Part shown: positions 36,964 to 48,200 of the stretch, piece by piece
Position numbering within the stretch: the first letter of the stretch is position 1
Layout: each line of letters starts with the position of its first letter
Origin: Macrostomum lignano
Taxonomy: Eukaryota
Assembly (NCBI GenBank): GCA_002269645.1
Contig: NIVC01000887.1
Location: 124,001-188,000, forward strand
DNA length: 64,000 nt
Direction: 5' to 3'
The notes under the pieces: generated by a model
Told to the model about the DNA's origin: nothing
What the model saw: only the letters and a program-made list of their open reading frames with translations
Databases searched by the model: none
Position numbers and translations under genes: made by a program

Positions 36964-37567
36964 CGGTGTCTGCAGATCAACACCCAGCACTGCGTGGCGG
37001 CGTCAGTCAACCTGATGCGCACGACAGAGCAACAGCTTCCGGCCCTGGTCTTCGTGCAGGAGCCCTGGATGACTAAAGGTTGTTGTGCTTTTGGCTTTAG
37101 CCTTTAGCAATTGTCAGTCTAGCGGTCTGTTGACCTATGACGCGTCTATCATTTATTTCATAACTCAATAGCATGGTTCAATTCATCAACGCAGTCGCGT
37201 AACAAAAATGTCTATCGCAAAGCCATCAACCCACAACAAAGGTAAGCCAAATAATGTGCCATCTAGCTACCACTGTTTTTGCATGGCGGACTCTCAGCCT
37301 CGCCCAAGATCTCTGGTCTTTGCTGCAAAAGCTTTTGAGGCATGGATGAGACCTGATCTCTCGACTGGGGACATCTGTGTTGTTCAAATCAATAACCTCA
37401 TTCCAAATAAACCTGTGCTGGTAGCATCTGCCTATTTCCCAGGCGATGCCCCAGTAGTCTGCGGCGCACTAGTCAACCTCATTGACTACGCCGCGTCCCG
37501 TCGGTTCGAGCTGCTCATTGCAGGGGATGTGAACGCACACCACCTGCATTGGGGCAGCAAGAAGTGA
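36964..37567 (+). mobile_element. AP endonuclease N-terminus of LINE ORF2 (LOA/R1-type), interrupted and 3'-truncated
   Basis: RCLQINTQHCVAAS..VFVQEPWMTKG [insertion] KPNN..RPRS..VASAYFP..IAGDVNAHHLHWGS; no RT follows. Confidence 0.88.
37081..37238. mobile_element. 158-bp insertion with TG..CA ends, short inverted termini and 5-bp TSD (solo-LTR-like)
   Basis: aaggt|TGTTGTG...CACAACA|aaggt; removing it plus one TSD restores the endonuclease frame QEPWMTKGKPNN. Confidence 0.8.
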
Positions 37568-37574
37568 GGAAGAT

Positions 37575-38035
37575 GGCCTTTTTCACGGAAAATTCCGGCG
37601 CAAAAGGGGGTTAGACATGCGCCGCGCCGGCGCGTTCCGGCTCAATAGCAGGCAAAGGAGAAAAATCGGGTGCAATATGGCGCAAGACAAAAAAATTGGC
37701 ACTATTTAATGCAAGACAAAAAACTTTCGATGAGACAATATTTTCTCTGACAGAAAATTAGCATGTAATTTCTTTTTATTAGCACTTTTTGTTTGCCGGT
37801 ATATTGACAGCTTTTTTAATTAATTTACGTTAACATTGTATTTTCTATGAAACAGATTCAAATACAAGTTTTACCAGTATTTTTCTAACGGTAAGGGGTA
37901 AATTGACTGATTTTCGCATTTTTTTTAAAAGTTTCGGTACATGGCGCGAGCAAATTTTTTTGATAGGAATAGTTCCGGCGCATGGCGCAATCAAACTCTT
38001 TTTATAGGATTCCTTCCGGCGTAGGCGTGCCATGA
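37575..38035. mobile_element. Probable DNA-transposon relic at the LINE truncation point
   Basis: Repeated ccggcgc/tggcgc motifs with AT-rich spacers; similar in style to 27590-27730. Confidence 0.35.
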
Positions 38036-39862
38036 TCCTGACTAGGCCCTGACTAGACTAGACTAGGTTTTATAAGGGACCCTTTTTAGCTGATAAGTTG
38101 GTTGCTTTTTGCCTTTTTGTCTATACCACTTATAATTATAGCAGAAAATTGATCCATGCAAACATTTAAAACCTTATTACAAGTTTAAAAACCCTAGAAA
38201 GTTTGAAATTTATACTTCAAAATGAAATTCTTTATCTTTTTTTCTACCTAACACTAACTCTTAAGTGATTCTATCAAGTGCATGCCATTATGCCAAGTAT
38301 ACATGCACACCATACTTTGGATTGTGTATTAGTGTAGGCCTATGCCAGGTTTAATGCCAGAAAAAATGACAAGACCTTGCTTATATGCTAGGTCCTAGGA
38401 TTGTGCACCAATACAAAAAATTGGTTTTTGACATAGGCCTAATGTAGGGCCTATCTGCTGTGTCATGTGTAGGGCCTGTACTAGGCTTAGAATATACCCT
38501 GATTTATGCTGAAAAATGATGGTAAGACCCTTATTGTATGCTTGGGAATCCTAGCATATATGTAGCCTTTTGAACTATGGCATGCACATGTTTTTAAGAG
38601 TGATACATGCCAACTACTATGCATGTCTAACTCTTGGTAGGCCCTATGCAAGGCCAATGCCTACTTAAATTTTTGGGCATAAACTACATGATCCAGAGTA
38701 TGGTGATGATTATAGGTTTCAAGATATAATGCTGAATTGGCATATGAAAAAATACCATTTATACTTATTTTTGGTCCTAAAATAACAAGTCTATATCATA
38801 TTTATAGTTTATAGAAAAATATTTTGGAACTTGTCTTTTTTAGAAGCAAATAAGATAAATTTTAATAGGTATGATGGTCATTGCCACAGAAATATGTCTA
38901 TATTAAGACAAAAAAGTTGCTTTTGAATTCTTGTGAATTTTGGTTATTTGATTGTCTAAAGTGGTTTTTTAAGGATAACATATAACTACTATAAAACATA
39001 AGGAATGGAATTATTTGTTTGTCTATAATCTTTTATTCAACTTGTTTAACTATGACAATTGTAGTGTGATAGAGCCATGAATGTTAGTAGTCAGTGAAGT
39101 TTGTAAAATTAGAGTACAAAACCAAATTGATTGGGGCTATATATCATGGCAAGGACCTATATAGAGCTAAAGCCTAGGGCTATCTATAAGCTACTTTATT
39201 TTAATCATTGCTTATTCGCATGTTACTTGAGCGCTAATGACTGTTTATTGATCATATCAAATTGCATTCTGAATTGCATTGAATTATCATAGCACATTCT
39301 GGATCCGCCTAGAGAGTGATAGCAGGTCTTATAATAGACAATGGAATAGATTACAATGATTATACTTTTCAAGGCCCACAACTCCACCTTTTAAATTTTG
39401 CAATTTTGGGCAAATGATAAAAGTAACTATAACTATATTATTAATGCTAAGTGATTCATAATCTAATTAGTACTATGTGCAGATTACTTGTTTTTCAGAT
39501 GGGCATTTTTGTGATGTACCTTGGCTGGCTTGGCTGAATTGTTGAGTAATTACAATTTTTAAACTAATTAGAAAAAACTAGCCAGATAGTTCTCAAGAAA
39601 ATCAAAGACAGACAAACAGAGAGATCAGCACAAAATTTATATATAGATATACCAAAGAGCCTTATAGTTATGGCTTGCATTTTTGTCATTAGCTTTTAAA
39701 AGAAAGTCTTTTAATTACATCTTTTTCAGCTTTTAAAATTAGTTTTGACTGAAAATACCAAGCTTATAGCATGCTTTCTAGTCATAAAATTTTTAGATTG
39801 ATGTAAGTTAAATTTGTTTACATTTAATTTTAACCATTGTACCTTTCTGTTTAAATTTATTT

Positions 39863-41870
39863 ATGATGACTTCTAAACAGCAAAGGTAAGTTTACCATGT
39901 TCATAAAAAAATTTTGCAATGTTAAATGATTCATTTTTAAAGTACTATATCACTCTATCACTCTATTTTAATTGTAGCAAAAAATTGTCCTCAACTAGGG
40001 CTTCGCCTGTACGCACAAGGACATTGGGGCCAAGCAAGGTTTCAGCCAGGTATTTGTTTATCTTAAATGTTTGTTTTTTAATCTTATTCAATCTCTCTTA
40101 CTCATGTCCCTGCTGAACTCTGCAGTGATCTGTCTAACTTAAGTACACTTGCCGGACGCAAGCTATCGCCCATTGCTGCCAAGACTTCTCGGCGTCGCAC
40201 TGTTGCCATGACAACGTCTGCTGCTCGCAGCCAGGAAATTACTATGACGTCATCTTCCGATTCCGGCACGAATTTGACTTCTAAAACAACAGTGATGAAG
40301 TCAGCCTCAAGGCAAATGCGCATAGAAGAAGAGCAGCCGCTTTCGTAAGCTTTTGTATTCCTAATATTTATGCTTTTTCAACAAGAATGTGTCCTGAGAT
40401 TAGTAAACTATAATATATTAAGTGCAAAAGCAGCTGCTAGAAAGACCCCTGAAAAACGGCAACCCCTAAAATATAGCCCGACTGGCACTTCTGTCTTCAA
40501 AACCCTATCATAAAAGCAATCCTTAGGCTCCACTCAAGAATGCAGAAGTAAAAATAGCGATTCGAATATCAATCATATGGCATATTGGAACTACCCCACC
40601 AGAATCGCATACCCAAAATACTCTTACCCCACCAGAATCGCATACCCAAAATACTCTTACCCCACCAGAATCACATACCCAAAATACCCCACCAGAATGG
40701 CATACCCAAAATACCCCACCAGAATCGTATACCCAAAATACCCCCCCCCAGAATCTTATACCCAAAATACCCCACCAAAATCGTATACCCGAAATACCCC
40801 ACCAGAATGGCATACCCAAAATACCCCACCAGAATCGCATACTTAAATACCCCACCAGAATCAAGTCTATTGCTAATTTTCTAATTTTCCCACCTCTCTC
40901 ACCCAGCTCGCAGCCGATAGTCGCTGCCGCCTTAGCCAAGCCAAGGAAGCGCAAAATTAGCGTTAGTCCTGTGCGCAAGGCGGTCGACGCTGCCGCCTCC
41001 CCAGCTAAACGCCGTCGCCCGGCCGCAACTGCGCGTAAATCTCCGAAGTCGTTTTTTGGCAGCCCAGCCAAAGTTAAAACTGTTAAAAAGTCGCCAACCA
41101 AGGCTGCCGTCTCTCCGCCACCAAAGCGAAGCCGCCAATCTGTGGCCAAGACTTCAAAGGCTGCCACCTCTCCGCCGCCAAAGCGAAGCCGCCAATCTGT
41201 GGCCAAGACTTCAACTGCTGCCGCCTCTCCGCCGCCAAAGCGAAGCCGCCAATCTGTGGCCAAGACTTCAGAGGCTGCCACCTCTCCGCCGCCAAAGCGA
41301 AGCCGCCAATCTGTGGCCAAGACTTCAACTGCTGCCGCCTCTCCGCCGCCAAAGCGAAGCCGCAAATCTGTGGCCAAGACTTCAAAGGGCGCCGCCAACC
41401 CAGTCAAGGAGGCCACAATAATTAAAAAGTCGCCATCAAAGTCTGTCGCAATGTCTCGCAGTCGCCAGGCTGTGGCGAAAACTTCAAAGGGCGCCGCCAC
41501 CGCCTCCAGCTCGGCTGTGAAAGCCAAGTCGACCTCGAAGCGGCAGTCGATTGCGGCCAAGTCTAAGCCTTCGCAGAGACAATCTACCAGCAGCTCCAGG
41601 AAGTCCAGCGCTCGCTCAGTCCAGTTCATCGCTTCGTCGAGTTCCGGTTCCCAGTTTGACAGTCCGCCGGCTGGCGTTTCCGGCGGCGGCGTTGTGCGGC
41701 GTCAGCAGACGCCGGCGGCCCGCCGCAAGCTGACAACTGTGGTTGAGTGTCACGAGATGACGCTGGACTCCAGCAGCACTGTTCGCGAGGCCGCCTCGTC
41801 GACAAGCGCTGCCAATGATTCTTTGGAGTCAGTACAGACTGGCAACAAGAGTTGGTGTTCAGTCATGTGA
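39863..41870 (+). CDS. Uncharacterised ~425-aa basic, low-complexity protein with 5x19-aa SPPPKRSRQSVAKTS repeats and C-terminal CaaX (CSVM); exons 39863-39885, 39978-40049, 40126-40344, 40907-41870
   Basis: All three introns are GT-AG and phase 2; the joined CDS is 1278 nt and stop-free, ending TGT TCA GTC ATG TGA. K/R/S/A-rich with KPRKRK and PAKRRR clusters. The first exon (ATG ATG ACT...) is the least certain. Confidence 0.72.
40592..40860. repeat. 27-33-bp intronic minisatellite
   Basis: Unit ccccaccagaatcgcatacccaaaata(ctctta), ~9 copies, in intron 3 of the CaaX gene. Confidence 0.92.
41111..41390 (+). repeat. 57-bp coding tandem repeat (5 copies)
   Basis: ctctccgcc(a/g)ccaaagcgaagccgccaatctgtggccaagacttca.. 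at 57-bp spacing (41111, 41168...). Confidence 0.95.
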
Positions 41871-42220
41871 CTTCATCACATTATAGTGCTAAATGACATC
41901 CTTTTTTAAACAGCATCAACAGTTTTTCTCCCCAGTCCGTGACTTTTTAGGATTTGGGATTCTTTATTTATTAGCTAATTCTTGTATTTGATCGTATTAT
42001 CATCCATTTTGTTTTGTGTCATCTAACTGGTCCGTAACTGGTCATGGGAAAGGAATTCCATGGAAACCAAATATTGTGTGTAAACTTTGCTTAACATAAT
42101 AAGCCCTGCTTTCTTTATCTTTATACCGAGACTCAAACCGAGACTCGTTTTAAAAAACCGTTTGTCTATGTTAATTAGTTCTTAATAGAATGGAATTCTA
42201 TTATATCACCTAGCACTCGA

Positions 42221-42795
42221 ATGCAATTGTCTATGGCAATCAGCTGATAATAGAATGCAATTGTCTATGGCAATCAGCTGATAATAGAATGCAATTGTCT
42301 ATGGCAATCAGCTGATAATAGAATGCAATTGTCTATGGCAATCAGCTGATAATAGAATGCAATTGTCTATGGCAGTCAGCTGATAATAGAATGCAATTGT
42401 CTATGGCAATCAGCTGACAATATAATGGCATTGTCTATGGCAATCAGCTGACAATAGAATGCAATTGTCTATGGCAATCAGCTGACAATAGAATGCAATT
42501 GTCTATGGCAATCAGCTGACAATATAATGGCATTGTCTATGGCAATCAGCTGACAATAGAATGCAATTGTCTATGGCAGTCAGCTGACAATAGAATGCAA
42601 TTGTCTATGGCAATCAGCTGGCAATAGAATGCAATTGTCTATGGCAATCAGCTGACAATATAATGGCATTGTCTATGGCAATCAGCTGACAATAGAATGC
42701 AATTGTCTATGGCAGTCAGCTGACAATAGAATGCAATTGTCTATGGCAATCAGCTGACAATAGAATGCAATTGTCTATGGCAATCAGCTGACAAT
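42221..42795. repeat. 34-bp minisatellite (~17 copies)
   Basis: Unit aatgcaattgtctatggcaatcagctga(t/c)aatag. Confidence 0.97.
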
Positions 42796-43399
42796 GCATT
42801 GAACGGGAACGGAACAAGGATGCTAGAAATGGATAAAACACTCAAAGCAAGACTACCTGACTCAGACTAGCACAGGCCATGTTATTCCTTCCTCCATGTG
42901 ACTGATGCGGCGAATTTTGTTATCCAATTCCTTGTCTGTTTTTCTTTAACGTGTTTTACTTATTCGATTAATCTTATAATATTTTTGTCGTGTCTTAACA
43001 ATATACACAATTATAAAATTGTTTAACTCGCTCTGGCAGCTAATTTTAAATGCGGTGCGTCACTTTGTGCCAGTTGTATCTCAAATTTTCAGTTGACAAC
43101 TTAGTCATATTCTATTTTTTGTACAAACAAAGTCTTTAGCATTGTTTTTTATTGGTTAATAGTTAATTTTGACATGTCAATTTGTTAAAACTTCGTGCTG
43201 TTTGCTACTGTTTTTATACTTAATCCATTTTATAACTTACAAGTTGAAATAATTTACACCTATCTATTTTTCTAAGCTTTTTAACTAGTGTCAAATATAT
43301 CCTAGTAGTTTGTGTTTTTATTATGAATGTTTTCTAAGTATCTCCTTTTCCCTGGGTAGTTAGCTCTCTAATCCTCTAAGCTATCTACTCTTCCTAAGA

Positions 43400-43662
43400 A
43401 ATTCCCTGAATAATCCAAGCCTCTCGAATTCCCTGTGTAATCCAAGCCTCTTTAATTCCCTGTGTAATCCAAGCCTCTTTAATTCCCTGTGTAGTCCAAG
43501 TCTCTCGAATTCCCTGTGTAATCCAAGCCTCTTTAGTTCCCTATGTAGTCCAAGTCTCTCTAATTCCCTGGGTAATCCAAGCCTCTTTAGTTCCCTATGT
43601 AGTCCAAGTCTCTCTAATTCCCTGGGTAATCCAAGCCTCTTTAGTTCCCTATGTAGTCCAAT
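43400..43662. repeat. 27-bp minisatellite (~10 copies) just upstream of MRPL17
   Basis: Unit aattccctgtgtaatccaagcctcttt. Confidence 0.93.
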
Positions 43663-43884
43663 CCTCTAATTTCCTGAGTAGCTTGTCCTAATATTCTTAT
43701 TAGCGGATGCAATAAGCGGACTTACTGATCTGTATAGATCTGTATACCATCTAACTGGCTACATTAGCAATCCATTGCTGTCATTAAAGCCTTCTCCAAC
43801 ACTGACAAACCAGCCCGCAGCCAGCTGACATTGCCAGACAAATTAACAGGCCCGGAAGCAAAGCAACCGTCTTAGCTTTCAACC

Positions 43885-44406
43885 ATGTCTGCAACTGCGG
43901 CAGCAAAATCTGCCGCTACCAGGATGCGGTTCAATTTTCCAAGAAAGCAGGTGCGAATCGACGCTCCAATGGGCTTTGGCACCGGCCAACTTGGCCGCCT
44001 GCTGCTAATCAGAGACTCAGTTTCCGCCCTGGTTGCTAAGGAGCGATTAGAGTTCAACGATCGCCCTGTGGCGGTGAACACTCAGCAGTACTCTGAGCTG
44101 CTGCTGCACAAAGCCACGCTGCTCGGGCCGGACAATCCGGCTATGCGCGACCTGGCATTCTTCTGGTTGGAGAACCAGCAGCTAGTGCGAAAGATGTTCG
44201 ACGAGCTGGTGCCCCGTCTTGCTGGCAGCTCAAAGCCGTACACCCGGCTGCATCGGGTCGGATCGGCCGGCCTGCAGGTGCTGGAGATTCGGGACAATCA
44301 GCTGCCGCCGCTGGTGCCGCGAGTTGAACCGGGCGTCAGGTCCCAATACCTGATTAACTATTTGCTAAAGTGCGCCAGGGAGGATCCGGACTTCAAGCCG
44401 GTTTGA
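43885..44406 (+). CDS. MRPL17: Mitochondrial ribosomal protein L17 (bL17m), intronless
   Basis: MGFG..RLLLIRDSVSALVAKERLE..YSELLL..FWLENQQLVRKMFDELVPR..YTRL..VLEIRDNQLPPL..LINYLL aligns by eye with metazoan MRPL17 (LVRHERIE, FWLTEKDLIPKLFQVLAPR, YTRML, LPPL); A/R-rich N-terminus. Confidence 0.88.
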   Translation: MSATAAAKSAATRMRFNFPRKQVRIDAPMGFGTGQLGRLLLIRDSVSALVAKERLEFNDRPVAVNTQQYSELLLHKATLLGPDNPAMRDLAFFWLENQQLVRKMFDELVPRLAGSSKPYTRLHRVGSAGLQVLEIRDNQLPPLVPRVEPGVRSQYLINYLLKCAREDPDFKPV

Positions 44407-46529
44407 TCACCAGCACAGTAGCAGTGCTATTGCATTCTGACATCTGACAATTTATGATGCCTTGAAGCCTTGATTTTAGTCAAGTACTTTACTGCTAGGC
44501 TTTCGTCATTGAAATATTCCTTAAATATTCGGTCGTTTTATAAGATTGAAATTTCTTTGCAAAGCCTCTCCGCACAAACTCCGGTTGGAGTTTTCAGTCT
44601 GATGATTGCGGACCCTTCCTTGATCATAAATAGATCATGTAGATTGGTGCAAAGAAAGCAACTACCAGGGTACGAATGACATGCGATTCCTGTACACGAC
44701 AATGCGCCATCATACAAGGCGAGGGTGAAATCACATACGACTTGCGCAAGCCCTGTCTAGACACCACCTACAAACTCCTGTATTGTAGGCAGACAGGGAA
44801 CTATTAGGGAAATTGAACTATTTCGTAATTCGCTGTCAATAATACTCTAAACAACAGGCAGGTAGGTAGTCCTAATTCGTAGCTGGCTTCAATTAAACAA
44901 GAAAATTTTGAATTTATTTTTCAAGTAGGCTTCAGTTTGCATTTTGTGCCTGCTTTAATGTCAAGTTACGAGTAGTTTTATCATCGTTAGTCTGCGTAAT
45001 TTGTATGATTTTGGAGCTGAGCAAACCCCATTATAAATCGCATTATTTGTGCACAGTTTTGTCATTGTACTGCCCACTCTGAAATATACTTTGCAAGTAA
45101 AACACTGAATCGAATATAATACAGAATTAAATTGAGACTAATTAAACGAGTCTATTTCTTTTTAGCTTGTACACGTCGACGTGAACTTTAAGTGTCGAGA
45201 GTCGAGACGAAGGAGAATTCAAGGCAGACAGTCTCGCGCGGTGAATCGAACTTCAGGGTAAAAAATGGGTAATCTCCAAAGGCAAATGGATATCTGCAGA
45301 GAGAGTAAATTTATTTTTAATTTTGATAAAAGTACAAGCTGGAAAAAGTTTCATAAGTTTCCCACTGATCCAGAACTCAATCGCTAGTGGATTAATTATG
45401 AGCAAGCAGTATGACTGCAAGAGGCTGAGAAGCCTGTTGCATTGAATTGTCCCTCAAGCTTAGCCTCTCGCGACTGATTGCAACATCGTAACATTTGGAG
45501 GATTGCTTCTTCCTAACGACAGTGTGATGAGCCGTGTATTGAGTTACGTGCCTGCCTGCATGGTCTTTTCGCCATAGACATTCTCCATTGATAAACGTTG
45601 ATACCGTCATGAGTGCGAGGCTTTTTACCATTTATCCCCCACTTGTCCCGGTCAAATAAGTCTATGGTCTAGTGTTGAAGCATTTATTTGTCCGGGAGGA
45701 AGAAATTTTTATTTGTCCCGGACGAAGAAACGATTTATTTGGAACTGACAACAACAACAAAAAGGCCACAAAAAGCAACTATGGTTGACACTAACGCTAA
45801 TAGACTGATAGTCAATGACAGTAAAGCACTTTTTGTCTTTCTCACTCCATAGTGATCACGAGGGTGTTATCATTTCTAGAAACTTCGATTCGCATTTTCT
45901 TCACAGGAGCAGTAGAAACCGTCTTAGACCCAGTTTTCGGAGCGCCTCCAGCATCAGGAACAATGGCAACCGTCGTAGTCCCAGTTGTCGGAGCGCCTCC
46001 AGCATCACGAGCTTCTTAGTAGCTTCTGGCACACAGCCATCGACAACAGCCATGACCTCTTCTTCAGACGTAAAATCGAAGCGAGGGCTTGAGGGTGTCT
46101 CCATTCTCGCTATATCGTCGTCAATACTGGCAAAGTCACTAATGTCTTTAGCTATTTCGTGCGCAAGCGTTGTAATTAAATTGCTTACACAGCATCAAAC
46201 TATCGCTATCGCATCAAAAATCTCGATGGCCAGAACGACTTCAAACTCGTTTCTCAGTCGTTCAGACGGCCACAGATAAATGAATAAACGGGAGAGATAG
46301 TATTTTTCCTTGCTTAAATGTAGTCACGTGTACCAGTGAGTGAACTGAATGAAGTACATCCCACTTCACAAGTTCATAAATGAGTTACGAGGCCAACTCC
46401 TCCGTTGGCGGAGTAAGGGGAAGAACTCCCATCGCCAGAATTTCATTTTCTGAAATCCATCAGCTGAATCCAATGACACGAATCCCATCGTCCAAATCCT
46501 CTCCAAATTCTCTATTAAGCTCCCAAAAA

Positions 46530-48200
46530 CCATGTTGTTTTACCTGTTTGCAAAAACTGACTGCCTGCCATCATCCAGACTGACTCTCGCCTGTCTCCTC
46601 TCTCCTCTTTGCTCTCTCATCTCTAATCTCTCCTATCTCCTCTCTGCTCTCATCTCCTCGCTTATCTATCATTTCTCATCTCTCATCTCTACTCTCTTAT
46701 CTCTCCTCTCTGCGCTCTCATATTTACTCTCTTCTTTCTCCTCACTACTTTCTCCTCTACTTTTTCCTCTCTCCTCTTTTATCTCTGCTCTCTTCTCTCT
46801 CCTCTCCTTTATCTCCTGTCTGCTCACTCATCTCTCTACTTTCTCCCCTCTCCTCTCTCCCTTATAATCTCGCTTCTCTCTCCTCTCTCTCCCCTCATCT
46901 CTACTCATTTATCTCTTCTCTCTCGTCTTTCGGCTCTACTCCCTCCTGTCTCCTCTTTCTCCTCTCTTACCCCTCTCCTCTCTCCTCTCAATTCCCTCAT
47001 CTCTTCTCTCGCCTTTATTCTCTTTTTTTCTTTTCTCTAATCTGTCCCTTTTAATTCTCTCTTTTCATGTTCTCTTTCATCTAATCTTTTATCTACTCTA
47101 GCCTTTTCTCTTTTCTCTATTCCCTTTCAATTTAACCATTTCATCCTCTCCATGAAACAGCTATCATCAAAATCCTCTCCGTTAAACTGCAATCTAGCTT
47201 GTATCATCTCCTTCAAGCTACAATCCATCGATTTAAAAAAATACTATCTCTATCAAATTTCAGTCAATCAAGACTATGAAACTGAAGTCTATAAAAATAT
47301 GATTTTTACTTGTCTGGGTATACGTCAAAAAATCTTCCAAATCTTCCAAATCCTCCATAAAACCTCTGAAATATCATAGCATGTTTTCCCTGTTTACAAA
47401 AATTGACTGCCATCGTCCAGACTGAGACTCTCTCCTGTCGCCTCTCTCCTCTTTGCTCCTTTATCTAATCTCTTCTTTCTGCTTCCTGCTCTCCATCTCC
47501 TCTCTCATCTCTACTCTTACTTTCTTATCAATCACCTCCCATCTCTCATCTCTCCTCTCTACGCTCTCATCTCTATTTTCTCATCTCTATTCTCTCATCT
47601 TTTCCCTTTGCTCTCTCATTTGTTTTTTCATCTCTCTCTTCTCTCCCTTCTCTTCTCGCTTCTCTCTCTCCCCTCTTCTCTCTATCTCTTCTCTCCTGTC
47701 TTCTCTCATTTCTCTCTATCTCTCCTCTTCTCTCTCATCTCTCATCTCTACTCGCTTATCTATCGCCTCTCCTCTACCCTGTCCTCTCTCTCTCCTCTTT
47801 TTTCTCTCTCGTATCTCCTCTCTGCTCTCAATTCTCATACTCCTATTTTCTCTCTTACCCTCTCCCTCTTCATCTCTCATCTTTCCCCTCTTCTCTCTAC
47901 CGTCTCCTGTCTCATCTCTCCTCTCTCTTCTCTCTCCTCTGTACTATCTTATCCCTCCTCTCTCCTCCCATCTTTCCTCCCTCCTTTGCTCTCTCATTTT
48001 CCTCTCTCCCCTCCTTTCTTCCCTCTACTTTCTCTTCTCTTCGCTCTCCCTCTTCATCATTCCCGCCTCACTCCCCTCTTCTCTCCCCTCTGGCTCTGTC
48101 GTCTTTAATCTCTTATCTCTCATATCTACTGTCTTTCTATCATCTTTCTATCCTCTCTTCTCCTTGAAATCTCTCTTCTCTTTACTCTCTTATCTGACGG
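46530..48200. repeat. Two CT-rich blocks sharing a duplicated unique leader (~850-bp period)
   Basis: cctgttt(g/a)caaaaa..gactgcc..tccagactga..ctctctcctctttgctc occurs at ~46540 and ~47390, each followed by polypyrimidine sequence. Confidence 0.8.

Noticed and set aside
39863-41870. Calling the CaaX protein a lamin or a histone H1
   Set aside because: No coiled-coil rod, Ig-fold tail or H1 globular domain is visible.
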